Source: Caldimicrobium sp. | GTDB lineage: Bacteria; Desulfobacterota; Thermodesulfobacteria; Thermodesulfobacteriales; Thermodesulfobacteriaceae | DNA length: 64,000 nt | Assembly (NCBI GenBank): GCA_025059715.1 | Contig: JANXCE010000008.1 | Span: 488 to 64,487 of the forward strand | Direction of reading: 5' to 3' | In this document: one piece after another, positions 46,735-56,775 of the stretch | How the letters are laid out: each line of letters opens with the position of its first letter | Position numbering within the stretch: the first letter of the stretch is position 1 | The notes under the pieces: model-generated | What the model was told of the DNA's origin: nothing | Seen by the model: the letters and a program-made list of their open reading frames with translations, nothing else | Databases searched by the model: none | Position numbers and translations under genes: made by a program

Positions 46735-48115
46735 AAGTGCTCTGCCCTATACTTCCTATTAACTCTTCATGAACTTTGTATATATTTCCTGCACCCATAG
46801 TGAGAATTATATTTTCTTCAGAAGCAAGCTCTCTAACAATAGCTAAAACTTCCTCTCTGGTTTTAGCAAAAAAGGTAGGCTTAGAACCTCGAATCTCCTT
46901 TGTAGCTTGATAAAAGGTCTCTCCAGTAATACCAGGTAGAGGTTCTTCATTTGCTGGATAAATCTCTGTTAAGACTAAAACCTCTGGCTCTCTAAGCACT
47001 AATAAGAAATCCTCCCAAAGTGCACGCGTTCTGGAATAACGATGGGGTTGAAAACATAAAATAAGTCTCTTATCGGGATAAAGCCCTCTCAGGGTTGATA
47101 GAGTAACTTGAATCTCTCGGGGATGATGGGCATAATCATCTATTAGAAGGGCTCCCTTATAGATTCCTTTACACTCTAATCTTCTCTTAACTCCCTTGAA
47201 TTGTTCTAAGACTCTAAAAACCCTTTTTAAAGGTAGCCCAAGAAACAAGGCCACTCCAATTGCTCCTAAGGCATTCAGGGCATTGTGTTTCCCTGGTATA
47301 CCAAGCCTATATCTTCCTAATTTCTTCTCACCATAATAGACTTCTACTAAGGGATGGGCACTCTCCTCGATTATTTTTCCACGGAGAGTAGCTTCAGGGG
47401 AAAATCCATAATAAAGAAAGGGACCAGAGAGCTCTGTCACCACCTCTCTAACACCTAAATCATCTATACACAAGATAACCTTTCCCTCCGGATGTGCCTT
47501 TAATATAAAACTCATAAAGGCTTTTTTAATAGCTTGAAAATCCGCATAAAAATCTAAATGCTCTCTATCAATATTAGTGATAACCTCTATAAAGGGCGAG
47601 TAAAGTAAGAAGGTGCCATCACTTTCGTCTGCTTCCGCAACTAAGTATTCACTTTTACCTAATAAAGAATTAGTTTTTATATTGTTTATAATACCTCCCA
47701 CAACAACGGTGGGATTCAGCCTCATGTTAAGCAGAATTTCCGCAATCAGCGATGTAGTGGTAGTTTTACCATGAGAGCCAGCTACTACAATACTTTTAGG
47801 ATAAGCTTGCATAACTTCCGAAAGCATTCTTGCTCTGGGCACAAGAAGAAGGCCTTTTTCTTTCGCGGTTCTTATCTCTATGTTTTCCCTTGGCACTGCA
47901 GAGGAATAAACTACAATCTCTGCATCCTCCAAATGAGTGGGATCATGTCCAAGATAAACATCAATCCCCGATGATATTAAAGGCTCTATATACTTAGTTC
48001 TACTCAAATCGCATCCTGTGACTCTGTGACCCAGGCGATTAAGGAGCAAGGCAAGTCCACTCATTCCCACACCACCAATGCCTATAAAGTGAATCTTTCT
48101 CTTTTTCTCTAACAC
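46721..48115 (-). CDS. murC: UDP-N-acetylmuramate-L-alanine ligase
   Basis: IGIGGVGMSG, GSHGKTTTT, EADESDG, DDYAHHP, FQPHRYSRT. Confidence 0.97.
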   Translation of the reverse strand: MLEKKRKIHFIGIGGVGMSGLALLLNRLGHRVTGCDLSRTKYIEPLISSGIDVYLGHDPTHLEDAEIVVYSSAVPRENIEIRTAKEKGLLLVPRARMLSEVMQAYPKSIVVAGSHGKTTTTSLIAEILLNMRLNPTVVVGGIINNIKTNSLLGKSEYLVAEADESDGTFLLYSPFIEVITNIDREHLDFYADFQAIKKAFMSFILKAHPEGKVILCIDDLGVREVVTELSGPFLYYGFSPEATLRGKIIEESAHPLVEVYYGEKKLGRYRLGIPGKHNALNALGAIGVALFLGLPLKRVFRVLEQFKGVKRRLECKGIYKGALLIDDYAHHPREIQVTLSTLRGLYPDKRLILCFQPHRYSRTRALWEDFLLVLREPEVLVLTEIYPANEEPLPGITGETFYQATKEIRGSKPTFFAKTREEVLAIVRELASEENIILTMGAGNIYKVHEELIGSIGQSTYVVV

Positions 48116-49203
48116 AATCTATCCCTACGAAAAAGCTTTAAAGTCTCTTCTATAATAATAGCCTTTGGCTCAAGGGGAATCAAACGAGAAAGATTTTCTC
48201 TCATAATTTGAAGCTTTCTTGGCTCTTCCAGTAGATTAGTTATAGTCTCAATTAAGTCTTCTTCACGAATCTCTTCTTGTCTAAACATCAGGGCACTTCC
48301 ACTTTTAGTCAAAACTAAGGCATTTCTTTCCTGATGATGATGCGTGGCGTAGGGATAAGGTATAAGAATAGCTGGTTTTTTCAAGGCTATTAGTTCCGCT
48401 ATAGTGGAAGCCCCGGCTCGTGAAATAACCAGATCCGCCTGAGCATAAGCCCAACCCATATCTTCAATAAAAGGATAAACTTTAAGTCGTTCCAGCTCCT
48501 GCTCACCAGTGAACTTCTCTTTATATTCGCTCCATACTCTTTCATAATCCTCATGGCCCGTTTGATGAAAGATATAGAGATTAGGGATCCTGAGAAGTAA
48601 CTCCTTAGCAATTTTAAGCATTAGGTTATTTAAAAAACGCGCTCCCAGACTTCCACCCAAAAGGAGAAGCCCTTTACCTTGATGAATCCTCTCTTTATAC
48701 TCAAGGAGCTCACTTCTAACAGGAGTCCCAGAGACTATCACCTTCTCCTTAGGAAAATAGTGAATACTATCTGCAAAGCCCACAAAAATTTTATCTACAA
48801 ATCTACTTAATAATAGATTAGCCCTTCCCGGATAAACATTTTGCTCCTGTAAAACCGCTTTCACACCCAGAATTTTCCCAGCTAACACCACTGGCACCGA
48901 TACATAACCTCCCTCGGCTACCATCACTGCGGGTTTAATTTCTTTAATCAATTTAAGAGATTTGAAAAAGGAGAGTATCAACTTGATTGTTGCTCTTAAT
49001 TTATCCTTAAGGGATCTTCCAATAAATCCCTCCACCTCCAGCTCAAAATGGGGAAAAGCACTTTTTTTGAGGATATGTCTCTCTATCTTTCTCGTGCCAG
49101 AGACAAAGTATACCTCTTCCCCTCTTTTGTGAAGTTCCTCCGCTATAGCTATTCCAGGAAAGAGATGGCCACCTGTGCCTCCTGCCACAATAAGCCACCT
49201 CAA
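48109..49203 (-). CDS. murG: MurG glycosyltransferase
   Basis: GGTGGHLFP, EQN, GGSLGA, SRAGASTIAE. Confidence 0.96.
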   Translation of the reverse strand: MRWLIVAGGTGGHLFPGIAIAEELHKRGEEVYFVSGTRKIERHILKKSAFPHFELEVEGFIGRSLKDKLRATIKLILSFFKSLKLIKEIKPAVMVAEGGYVSVPVVLAGKILGVKAVLQEQNVYPGRANLLLSRFVDKIFVGFADSIHYFPKEKVIVSGTPVRSELLEYKERIHQGKGLLLLGGSLGARFLNNLMLKIAKELLLRIPNLYIFHQTGHEDYERVWSEYKEKFTGEQELERLKVYPFIEDMGWAYAQADLVISRAGASTIAELIALKKPAILIPYPYATHHHQERNALVLTKSGSALMFRQEEIREEDLIETITNLLEEPRKLQIMRENLSRLIPLEPKAIIIEETLKLFRRDRLC

Positions 49204-50594
49204 TGGTAACTTCCCCTCTCTATGCTATTTCCTAAAAATTTAGGCGCATATTTTAAAACGATTTCTCTAAATACCTCTCCCCTTTCGTGATAATCTCTAA
49301 ACTGATCATAACTTGAGCAAGCAGGTGAGAGAAGCACAATGTCTCCGGGAATAGCTATTTCAAAGACTCTCTTCAAAGCTAAGTAAAGGTTCTCTTCCAG
49401 ATAAGTCTCAACAGTGCCTCCTAATTCCTCTAATATTATATATCTTGCCTCACCCATCAGAATAAGTATCCTAACCTTTTCCCTAATTAGCTCTTTGAGG
49501 GGAGCATAAGAACTTCCCTTGTGCCTTCCTCCAAGGATCAAAATGAGAGGCCCAGGAAGACCTTTTAGAGCTTGCAGAGTAGCATCTACATTAGTGGCTT
49601 TAGAATCATTGATAAAGGTGACCCCCCCAAAGGTTCCTACATATTCAAGTCTATGAGGAAATCCCACGAAGTTTCCTATCAACTTTTCACAGGCTTCTCT
49701 GTCAGCACCTGCAAGTCTTCCTACAAGTAGAGCACAGGCAAGATTGAGCCTATTATGCACCCCAAGAAGTCTAAAGGAACAGAGGGAATACCTTTCTTCT
49801 TCTTCAAGGGATAACACAATTTCCTCCCCCTCCAAATAAGCGGAGGCTTGCTCCTTTCTATCCTCCGCAAAAAAGAGGGGCTTACCTCTGACCAGTTCTC
49901 GAAAGAGTCTAAAAAAGGGTTCTTCAAGAGGTAAAACAGACCAATCTTGGTTATTCTGCCTTTCAAAAAGTCTGTATTTGAAATAGGCATATTCTTCTAT
50001 AGAATTATACCGATCTAAATGATCGGGAGTAATATTTAAAAGAAGACCTATTTTAGGAGAAAACTCCACTATGGTCTCCAATTGGAAACTGGATATCTCA
50101 AGCACTAATTTATCCACCTTTATACCTGACAACACAAATTCTGAGAGGGGAATTCCGTAGTTGCCCCCAGTGAAAACCCTAAATCCTGCTAACTTTAAAA
50201 GTTCTGAAACCATAGCCGTAGTGGTAGTTTTTCCGTTAGTTCCAGTGATGGCAATCAAGTTATCCCTTTCTTCTGTCTTTAATAGTTGATAGGCAAGCTC
50301 CAATTCTCCTAAGAGAGGAATCCCCTTTTTAAGAGCGGGAGCTACCACGCTTTGAGGAACACCTGGACTTATAACTATTAGATCCGCCTTCATAAAAGTG
50401 TCAGGATTGTGACCTCCAGTCTCAAAAATGACCCCTTGAACCTCCATAGAGGCTAAAAATGAGGGTGGAAGTGCCTCCCGCGGTCTAGCTTCAGAGACAA
50501 TAACCTCAGCACCCTTTACCAGCAAAAGCCTTGTAACCGCTTGCCCACTTTTTCCAAAACCCACAACCACTACTCTTTTTCCCCTTAACTCCAT
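49200..50594 (-). CDS. murD: UDP-N-acetylmuramoyl-L-alanine-D-glutamate ligase
   Basis: GTNGKTTTT, EISSFQLE, PDHLDRY, NDSKATN, LSPACSSYD. Confidence 0.97.
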   Translation of the reverse strand: MELRGKRVVVVGFGKSGQAVTRLLLVKGAEVIVSEARPREALPPSFLASMEVQGVIFETGGHNPDTFMKADLIVISPGVPQSVVAPALKKGIPLLGELELAYQLLKTEERDNLIAITGTNGKTTTTAMVSELLKLAGFRVFTGGNYGIPLSEFVLSGIKVDKLVLEISSFQLETIVEFSPKIGLLLNITPDHLDRYNSIEEYAYFKYRLFERQNNQDWSVLPLEEPFFRLFRELVRGKPLFFAEDRKEQASAYLEGEEIVLSLEEEERYSLCSFRLLGVHNRLNLACALLVGRLAGADREACEKLIGNFVGFPHRLEYVGTFGGVTFINDSKATNVDATLQALKGLPGPLILILGGRHKGSSYAPLKELIREKVRILILMGEARYIILEELGGTVETYLEENLYLALKRVFEIAIPGDIVLLSPACSSYDQFRDYHERGEVFREIVLKYAPKFLGNSIERGSYH

Positions 50595-50600
50595 ATCCTA

Positions 50601-51680
50601 TCACCTTATTTTCAAAGTGCTCAAAGCCAACAGGCCACAAATTATAGAAATGATCCAAAATCGCACTACGACTTTATTTTCCTTCCAGCCCTTCAATTCA
50701 AAATGGTGATGAAGGGGCGCCATGCGAAAGATCCGCTTACCACCAGTTAATTTAAAATAACTAACCTGAAGAATTACAGAAAGGGCCTCCATAACAAAAA
50801 CCGCTCCTGCCAGCACCAATAAAAACTCCTGCTTGATCATCACCGCAATTGCCCCCATGACCCCACCTAAAGAGAGGGATCCTACATCTCCCATAAAAAT
50901 CTCTGCGGGATGTGAATTATACCATAAAAAGCCAAGGCCAGCCCCTCCAAGGATTGCACATACTATGGAGAGCTCTCCTGCATAGGGCACATAGGGAATG
51001 AAAAGATAATTGGCAAACTTGACATGCCCTGCCACATAAGAAAGAACGGTATAAACTCCTGCCACAACACAGAAAGGCACTATAGCAAGCCCATCAAGCC
51101 CATCTGTGAGATTAACCCCGTTAGAACTTCCCATAATCACTATACTTGCAAATAAAAGGTAAAAAACCCCTAAATCAAGGATTACCTTTTTAAAAAAGGG
51201 TAAGTTTAGGGCAGAACTAAAGTTTAAATAGTGAAAGAGAAAATAGTAAAACACAAAAATTATTAAAAATTGTAAAAAGAGCTTTTCTCTGGCTCTTAGC
51301 CCTAGATTTTTACCCCTTTTGAGTTTAAGATAATCATCTAAAAAACCGATTAATCCAAAACCTAAGAAAATGAAAAGGGCTAACCATACGAAGGGATTGG
51401 TGAGATTACACCAGAGGAGAACCGATATAGTAACTCCCGCAATAATGACTACACCACCCATAGTAGGAGTGCCAGTTTTAGCCTGATGATGAACAGGCCC
51501 CTCTTCTCTCACAATTTGTCCAAACTGTCTTCTTTTCATGTATCTTATAAAGCGAGGCATCAGTAAATATACAATCAAAAAAGCGGTAATTGAGCCATAA
51601 ATCATGCGGAAGGTTATGTATTTAAAGATATTAAAAAAGGAAATCCACTCACTTAAAGGATATAAAATATGATAAAACAC
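50601..51680 (-). CDS. mraY: Phospho-MurNAc-pentapeptide transferase
   Basis: TPTMGG, NLTDGLDGL, FMGDVGS, MAPLHHHFE. Confidence 0.98.
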   Translation of the reverse strand: MFYHILYPLSEWISFFNIFKYITFRMIYGSITAFLIVYLLMPRFIRYMKRRQFGQIVREEGPVHHQAKTGTPTMGGVVIIAGVTISVLLWCNLTNPFVWLALFIFLGFGLIGFLDDYLKLKRGKNLGLRAREKLFLQFLIIFVFYYFLFHYLNFSSALNLPFFKKVILDLGVFYLLFASIVIMGSSNGVNLTDGLDGLAIVPFCVVAGVYTVLSYVAGHVKFANYLFIPYVPYAGELSIVCAILGGAGLGFLWYNSHPAEIFMGDVGSLSLGGVMGAIAVMIKQEFLLVLAGAVFVMEALSVILQVSYFKLTGGKRIFRMAPLHHHFELKGWKENKVVVRFWIISIICGLLALSTLKIR

Positions 51681-51681
51681 C

Positions 51682-53076
51682 TTACAGGTCCCCCTTTAAG
51701 AGCTTCTCTACAATTCTCTCCATTCTAAGAGACCGAGACCCCTTCACTAAAACTATGGCTCTATTTTTTGGCAAAGTTCCTCTCTGTAAAAATTCTTCTA
51801 CAGTAGTGTATACCTCGTAAGGTTTCCCTGAAGACTTATAGCCCTCAACATAATATTTAGCGGTATCCCCAATAAAAATGGCCCTATCTACCACTGAACC
51901 TGCCAATTCTCCAATTTCACGATGATACCTCGGAGCTTCCTGCCCAAGCTCTTTCATCTCACCTAAAATTACAATCTTCTCTCCTAAAGACGCCCTATGA
52001 TCAAAAAGCCAATAGAGAGCTGCAGATACCGAGCCAGGATTAGCATTATATGTATCATCAACAAGCAAGTAGGAACCTACTTCATAGATTTTACTTCTGG
52101 TTGGTAGAGGCTCTGACGAGGAAAGAACAGTTATTAGTTCTCTTATAGATAAACCTGTTCCAAGGCCCACACCTATAGCTCCCAGAAGGTTCAACAGATT
52201 GTGTTTTCCAAAAAGGGCTACCTCAAGCTCAAAGGTCTCCTGCTCATATTGGATAGTGAGTCTTGAAGTTTTATCTATGCTTTCCCACCTTAGCAATCTC
52301 AAATCCGCCCCCTCGCTTTCTCCATAGGCAATCTTTCTCTGAGAAAAGGCTTTAACCCTGTCGCGCAAAAGGGGTTGATCGTAAAAGTAAATCAAAACTC
52401 CTAAAGGATCCGTCCTTTCAAAAAGAGAAACCTTTTCCTCCAGGACTCCCTCAAGGGTCTCTAAGCCTTCCAAATGGGCAGGATATATGGATGTAATAAG
52501 GGAAATTTGAGGTTGCACTATGTCCGCAAGTCTCCCAATTTCTCCTTTAAAGCTTGTGCCTACTTCAAGTATGACCCACTGGGGCTTATCGGTAAAAGAA
52601 AGGATACTTAAGGGAACACCTATTAAATTGTTGTAATTAGCCTCATTTTTTCTAACTTTGTAGAATTTAGACAGAAGAACCCAGGTGAGCTCCTTAGTAG
52701 TAGTTTTTCCACAAGACCCGGTTATGGCTATAACCTTAAAATCCTCTTTGACTCGAAAATATTGAGCTAAATCACCTAAAGCCTTAAGAGTATCTTTAAC
52801 TAAAATTATAGAAATCCCTTGGGGTAAAGTTTCCAGTTTGAGATCCCCTGGTAGATGATCTAAGACAAGCCCTTTTGCGCCCCGCTCTAAAGCCACCTTC
52901 CAAAAGTGGTGTCCATCGAATCTTTTACCTTTGAGCGCAAAGAAAAGGAATCCAGGTTCTAAGACTCTGGTGTCAGTGCAAATCCCCTTAAAGATAATTC
53001 CCATATCCCCATGAATAAGAACACCAGAGGTAGACCGTATTACTTCCTCAGTGCTCAACAAATTCTCTATTAACAT
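51682..53076 (-). CDS. murF: UDP-MurNAc-tripeptide-D-Ala-D-Ala ligase
   Basis: TGSCGKTTTKE, NNLIGVP, DDTYNANP, GEMKELG, VKGSR. Confidence 0.95.
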   Translation of the reverse strand: MLIENLLSTEEVIRSTSGVLIHGDMGIIFKGICTDTRVLEPGFLFFALKGKRFDGHHFWKVALERGAKGLVLDHLPGDLKLETLPQGISIILVKDTLKALGDLAQYFRVKEDFKVIAITGSCGKTTTKELTWVLLSKFYKVRKNEANYNNLIGVPLSILSFTDKPQWVILEVGTSFKGEIGRLADIVQPQISLITSIYPAHLEGLETLEGVLEEKVSLFERTDPLGVLIYFYDQPLLRDRVKAFSQRKIAYGESEGADLRLLRWESIDKTSRLTIQYEQETFELEVALFGKHNLLNLLGAIGVGLGTGLSIRELITVLSSSEPLPTRSKIYEVGSYLLVDDTYNANPGSVSAALYWLFDHRASLGEKIVILGEMKELGQEAPRYHREIGELAGSVVDRAIFIGDTAKYYVEGYKSSGKPYEVYTTVEEFLQRGTLPKNRAIVLVKGSRSLRMERIVEKLLKGDL

Positions 53077-54551
53077 TTAGTCTCTCCAAGGGTATTTAAG
53101 ACCCTTTTTATCTCTTCTTGATCTGAAAAGTAAATTTTCTTTCCCTCTATTTCTTGGTATCTTTCATGTCCCTTACCGGCTACAAGAAGAATATCTCCTT
53201 CTTGTAACATTTCCACTGCCGTAGCTATAGCTTCTCCTCTTTCTGGTATGCATAGATAGGGCTTAGTTCCATTGAGCCCTTCCTTTATATCCTCTATTAT
53301 TTTAAGTGGGTCCTCATAGCGAGGGTTATCTGAGGTGAGAATAATCACATCGCTTAGTTTCTGAGCCACTCTTCCCATAAGAGGCCTCTTCCCAGGGTCC
53401 CTGTTACCACCACATCCAAAGAGAAGAATAATTCTACCCCTTTTTAGAGGTAACAAACTTTTTAAGGCCTGTTCTAAGGCCTCAGGCGTATGGGCGTAAT
53501 CTACAAAGATTAGAGCATCTCCCTTTTTACCACAAAGCTCTAAACGACCTGGTGGATTAGGTAAATTCTTAAGGTTATTTATCACCTCCTCTAAGTTTAG
53601 ATTCAAAGCAACAGCACATCCCAACAAGGTTACTAAATTTTTGGCCTGATAATCACCAACCAACTGAGTCTCTACCCTATAGGACTTTTCTCTAATTTTA
53701 AGCTCTAATTTTAATCCAGGGTTTCTCTCAAGAATCTCCGCTTTTATGTCAAAATTATTCACGATGAGTAGTCTCTCCCTACTAAGAAGCCCCTCTCTAA
53801 GAAGTTCATCTGCAAGCCTTTTCCCAAACTCACTTTCAAGAGATACTACTGCCCAACCATCATCCTCAAGATAATGAGTAAAGAGCTTTTTCTTAGATAA
53901 ATAGTAATTTAACATATTTCCATGATAATCCAGATGATCTCGAGAAAGATTTGTAAAACCTGCCACCTTAAACTTTATACCTTTAATTCTATCTTGATCT
54001 AAGGCATGAGAGGAGACCTCCATAACCATGTATTTAATATTTTTTTCAACAGCTTTCTTCAGTAAAGGGCCAAGACGAAAAATAGAAGGAGTAGTCTCTT
54101 GGGCATCCTCTCTATCGCCTATTTCATAAAATAGTGTGCCCACATAACCTGTAGGATAACCTAATTTTTTAAGAAGTTCCTTGAGAAAAAAACTTACCGA
54201 AGATTTACCATTTGTCCCAGTTATACCAATAAAGGTGAAAGCTTTTTCTGGGTGATCATAAAACTTCAGCACAAGTTTATTTCCTACTTCCAAGGGATCT
54301 ATAACCTGTAGTTGAGAAACTTTAATGGCTGGATCGGGTGGGGTTTCACGAAGGATGGCTACAGCTCCCTTTTCCACAGCAAGGGGAATAAATTCTTCTC
54401 CATGGTGTTGAAGACCCCTTCTTGCAACAAAGAGATATCCGGGTTTTACCTCCTGAGCTCTATCGGTAATACCTGTAATTAAGAGCTCATCGCTAAGGTA
54501 AAGTTTATTTAAAACTTCCTGTCCCTCCAACAGAATCCCTAACCTTTTCAT
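53070..54551 (-). CDS. murE: UDP-MurNAc-dipeptide-DAP ligase
   Basis: TGTNGKSS, MEVSSH, DYAHTP, FGCGGNRD, DNPR (DAP-type), AGKGHE. Confidence 0.97.
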   Translation of the reverse strand: MKRLGILLEGQEVLNKLYLSDELLITGITDRAQEVKPGYLFVARRGLQHHGEEFIPLAVEKGAVAILRETPPDPAIKVSQLQVIDPLEVGNKLVLKFYDHPEKAFTFIGITGTNGKSSVSFFLKELLKKLGYPTGYVGTLFYEIGDREDAQETTPSIFRLGPLLKKAVEKNIKYMVMEVSSHALDQDRIKGIKFKVAGFTNLSRDHLDYHGNMLNYYLSKKKLFTHYLEDDGWAVVSLESEFGKRLADELLREGLLSRERLLIVNNFDIKAEILERNPGLKLELKIREKSYRVETQLVGDYQAKNLVTLLGCAVALNLNLEEVINNLKNLPNPPGRLELCGKKGDALIFVDYAHTPEALEQALKSLLPLKRGRIILLFGCGGNRDPGKRPLMGRVAQKLSDVIILTSDNPRYEDPLKIIEDIKEGLNGTKPYLCIPERGEAIATAVEMLQEGDILLVAGKGHERYQEIEGKKIYFSDQEEIKRVLNTLGETKC

Positions 54552-55561
54552 GAGTTAGTTATTAAATTTACAAGATATTTATGCCTCTTTTTAAGCACCT
54601 CCCAAAGGTTATCCTCCCCACTCTCCCCTGATTGAAAATAATCGGAGAATACAAATAAATAATCATCACTTACAATAAAAGCAAGCCACTGTCTTTTATG
54701 GGGTAAATAGAGATAAAGACTTTCTCCATCTTTCTCCTGATCAGTGATATCACAAAGTCTCTCTTTTACTGGAAGAAGGGTTGGTTTGACCTTGGTTCCA
54801 CAGGCTTGGGAAAGATAGGTTTGAACTATATTCAGAGGAGCTAAATAAATTAAATTCCCCTTTCTTTTAGCCTCAACTGAACCCAATTCCCACATAGTTT
54901 TTAAATCTTCATTAAAGAGATTATCTCTCACCAAAAAAGGCTCAGTGAGAAAATTTTTTTCTTCTTTACTGAAAAAGACTAACAGCTCACCAGTATCTCT
55001 CTTAAATACAGCCAGATGGGTGGGTAAAGGAGAAGCAAGGATTCGAAAATAATTATAAATCTTTTTTGAAAGATTTAAATCAAGGGAAACTCTCTTGCTT
55101 TCGCCTTCCTTTAGCTCCTTGTCAAAGATCTTTTCTAACCCTGTTATCCCATCCCCTGCTACACATAAACCGATAAGGCCTCTTAGTTCTGGATAGAGAA
55201 TCTCTCGTTTTATCTCCCCCCTTATAACCACATTTCTTACTTTCTTTAGTTTATCGATCTCTTCAAAGGTTAGTGATTCAGATATAAGAAATAGGCCCCT
55301 TTTAGGCAAGTCCAAACTTCTTATGAGATAAGGCCTAAGTTCCTCAGGCCAGTCTTTCCCCAAAAGAGAAGAGCCATCTATTAACAAGTAAGCCTCAAAT
55401 CTCTCCTTGTTTATTACCAAAGGCTCCCCTGCTCGATCTAATAGGTAGCCTCTTTTTCTTTCATGTTGAAAAGAACTGCCTCCCTCAGAGATATTTAAAA
55501 TAAAAGTAAAAGAAAGGAATAATACTGCCAAAAGAAGACAGAAATCTATTTTGAAGTTCAT
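54548..55561 (-). CDS. Shortened FtsI/PBP-like protein lacking transpeptidase catalytic motifs
   Basis: ftsI position between ftsL-like and murE; TM then RGYLLDRAGEPL, GITGLEKIFD, DTGELLVF, APLNIV; no SxxK anywhere in 337 aa. Confidence 0.75.
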   Translation of the reverse strand: MNFKIDFCLLLAVLFLSFTFILNISEGGSSFQHERKRGYLLDRAGEPLVINKERFEAYLLIDGSSLLGKDWPEELRPYLIRSLDLPKRGLFLISESLTFEEIDKLKKVRNVVIRGEIKREILYPELRGLIGLCVAGDGITGLEKIFDKELKEGESKRVSLDLNLSKKIYNYFRILASPLPTHLAVFKRDTGELLVFFSKEEKNFLTEPFLVRDNLFNEDLKTMWELGSVEAKRKGNLIYLAPLNIVQTYLSQACGTKVKPTLLPVKERLCDITDQEKDGESLYLYLPHKRQWLAFIVSDDYLFVFSDYFQSGESGEDNLWEVLKKRHKYLVNLITNS

Positions 55562-55564
55562 CCT

Positions 55565-55915
55565 TTACCTTAGCCTTATGATATCGTGTTCTTGAGGTTC
55601 TCTCAGACCCAAAGCCTTAGCTTTTTCTAAAACTACCTCTCTTGAAGTTAGACGGCTTAACTCCCTCTCCAATTGAACCTTTTCTGCATTTAAAGTTCTC
55701 TTTTCGAATTTTATTTTAAAATACACCAAGGCCTTATAGGCAATCGCAACAGTTATGATCAGGAAAAGCACTGCTAAAAGAATTAACAGAAAATTTCCTA
55801 ACCACTCTAAAAACCTCTCTTTCAAAGAAATTTCCTCAGTATTTTTATCCCTTTTAGTAGAATAGTTATAGTCTAATGAGGGCTTTAAGGTATAAACCCT
55901 ACCGCCCATATTCAA
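55565..55915 (-). CDS. ftsL: FtsL-like protein
   Basis: One TM followed by coiled coil ending AKALGL; position after rsmH. Confidence 0.75.
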   Translation of the reverse strand: MNMGGRVYTLKPSLDYNYSTKRDKNTEEISLKERFLEWLGNFLLILLAVLFLIITVAIAYKALVYFKIKFEKRTLNAEKVQLERELSRLTSREVVLEKAKALGLREPQEHDIIRLR

Positions 55916-56775
55916 ATCCTCCTTTCCGCTACTCTTAATTTAGCACTCCTTGCCCGAGGATTTTCCCTTACTTCCTCTTGAGAGGGTCTCACAGGTTTTT
56001 TGGTAAGTAGCGCCAATCTCTCATCCTTTTTGAAGAATCTTTTCACTAATCTATCCTCTAAGGAGTGAAAGGAGATCACCGCTATTCTCCCACCAGGTTT
56101 TAGAATATCTGGTAAATTCTTCAAGGCTAACTCTAAATTTTTTAATTCCTGATTAACTTCTATTCTTATTGCTTGAAAAACTAACGCAAAAAGATCCTTT
56201 TCTTTTTTCTTAGGAGGCTTATAAAATTCTCTTATCCTATCAACTAAATCAAAAGTTGTATTCAGCGGTTTTATCTTTCTCTTCTTACAAAGCCACTTTG
56301 CAAAGCATCTTGCCTTAGGCACTTCCCCTTTATAAAAAACATTGCCTAATTCTTCTTCAGATAACCTGTTGAGTAAATCCCTTGCCGTCAAGGTTAATTC
56401 TTGACTCATTCTCATATCTAAGGGCTCATTTTTTTGGAAGGTAAAACCTCTACCTGAGCCTTCTAACAAAAAAGAGGAAAGTCCTAAATCAAGCAACACA
56501 CCATCCGCATATACACCCTCCTTTTGAAGCACCTCTTTAATGTAAGTAAAATTATAAGGATATACCTTTATTCTCTCCCCATAACCCCTTAGTCTCTCCG
56601 TGGCAATTCTTAAGGATTCCTCATCCCATTCAAAGGCATAAACACTTGCTCCCTTTTCCAAGAAAACCTCTGTATGCCCACCCATCCCTAAGGTTCCATC
56701 TACGATTACGCTTCCAGGCTTAATAGGTAACCATTCTAAAATTTCTTTAACTAAAACCGGTTTATGAAGCAGCAG
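55912..56775 (-). CDS. rsmH: 16S rRNA m4C1402 methyltransferase; probable CTG start
   Basis: HKPVLVKE and DGTLGMGGH lie upstream of or around the ORF-track ATG (56685); PLDMRM, FQAIRIEVNQEL, ISFHSLEDR, NPRARSAKLR. Confidence 0.95.
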   Translation of the reverse strand: MLLHKPVLVKEILEWLPIKPGSVIVDGTLGMGGHTEVFLEKGASVYAFEWDEESLRIATERLRGYGERIKVYPYNFTYIKEVLQKEGVYADGVLLDLGLSSFLLEGSGRGFTFQKNEPLDMRMSQELTLTARDLLNRLSEEELGNVFYKGEVPKARCFAKWLCKKRKIKPLNTTFDLVDRIREFYKPPKKKEKDLFALVFQAIRIEVNQELKNLELALKNLPDILKPGGRIAVISFHSLEDRLVKRFFKKDERLALLTKKPVRPSQEEVRENPRARSAKLRVAERRI

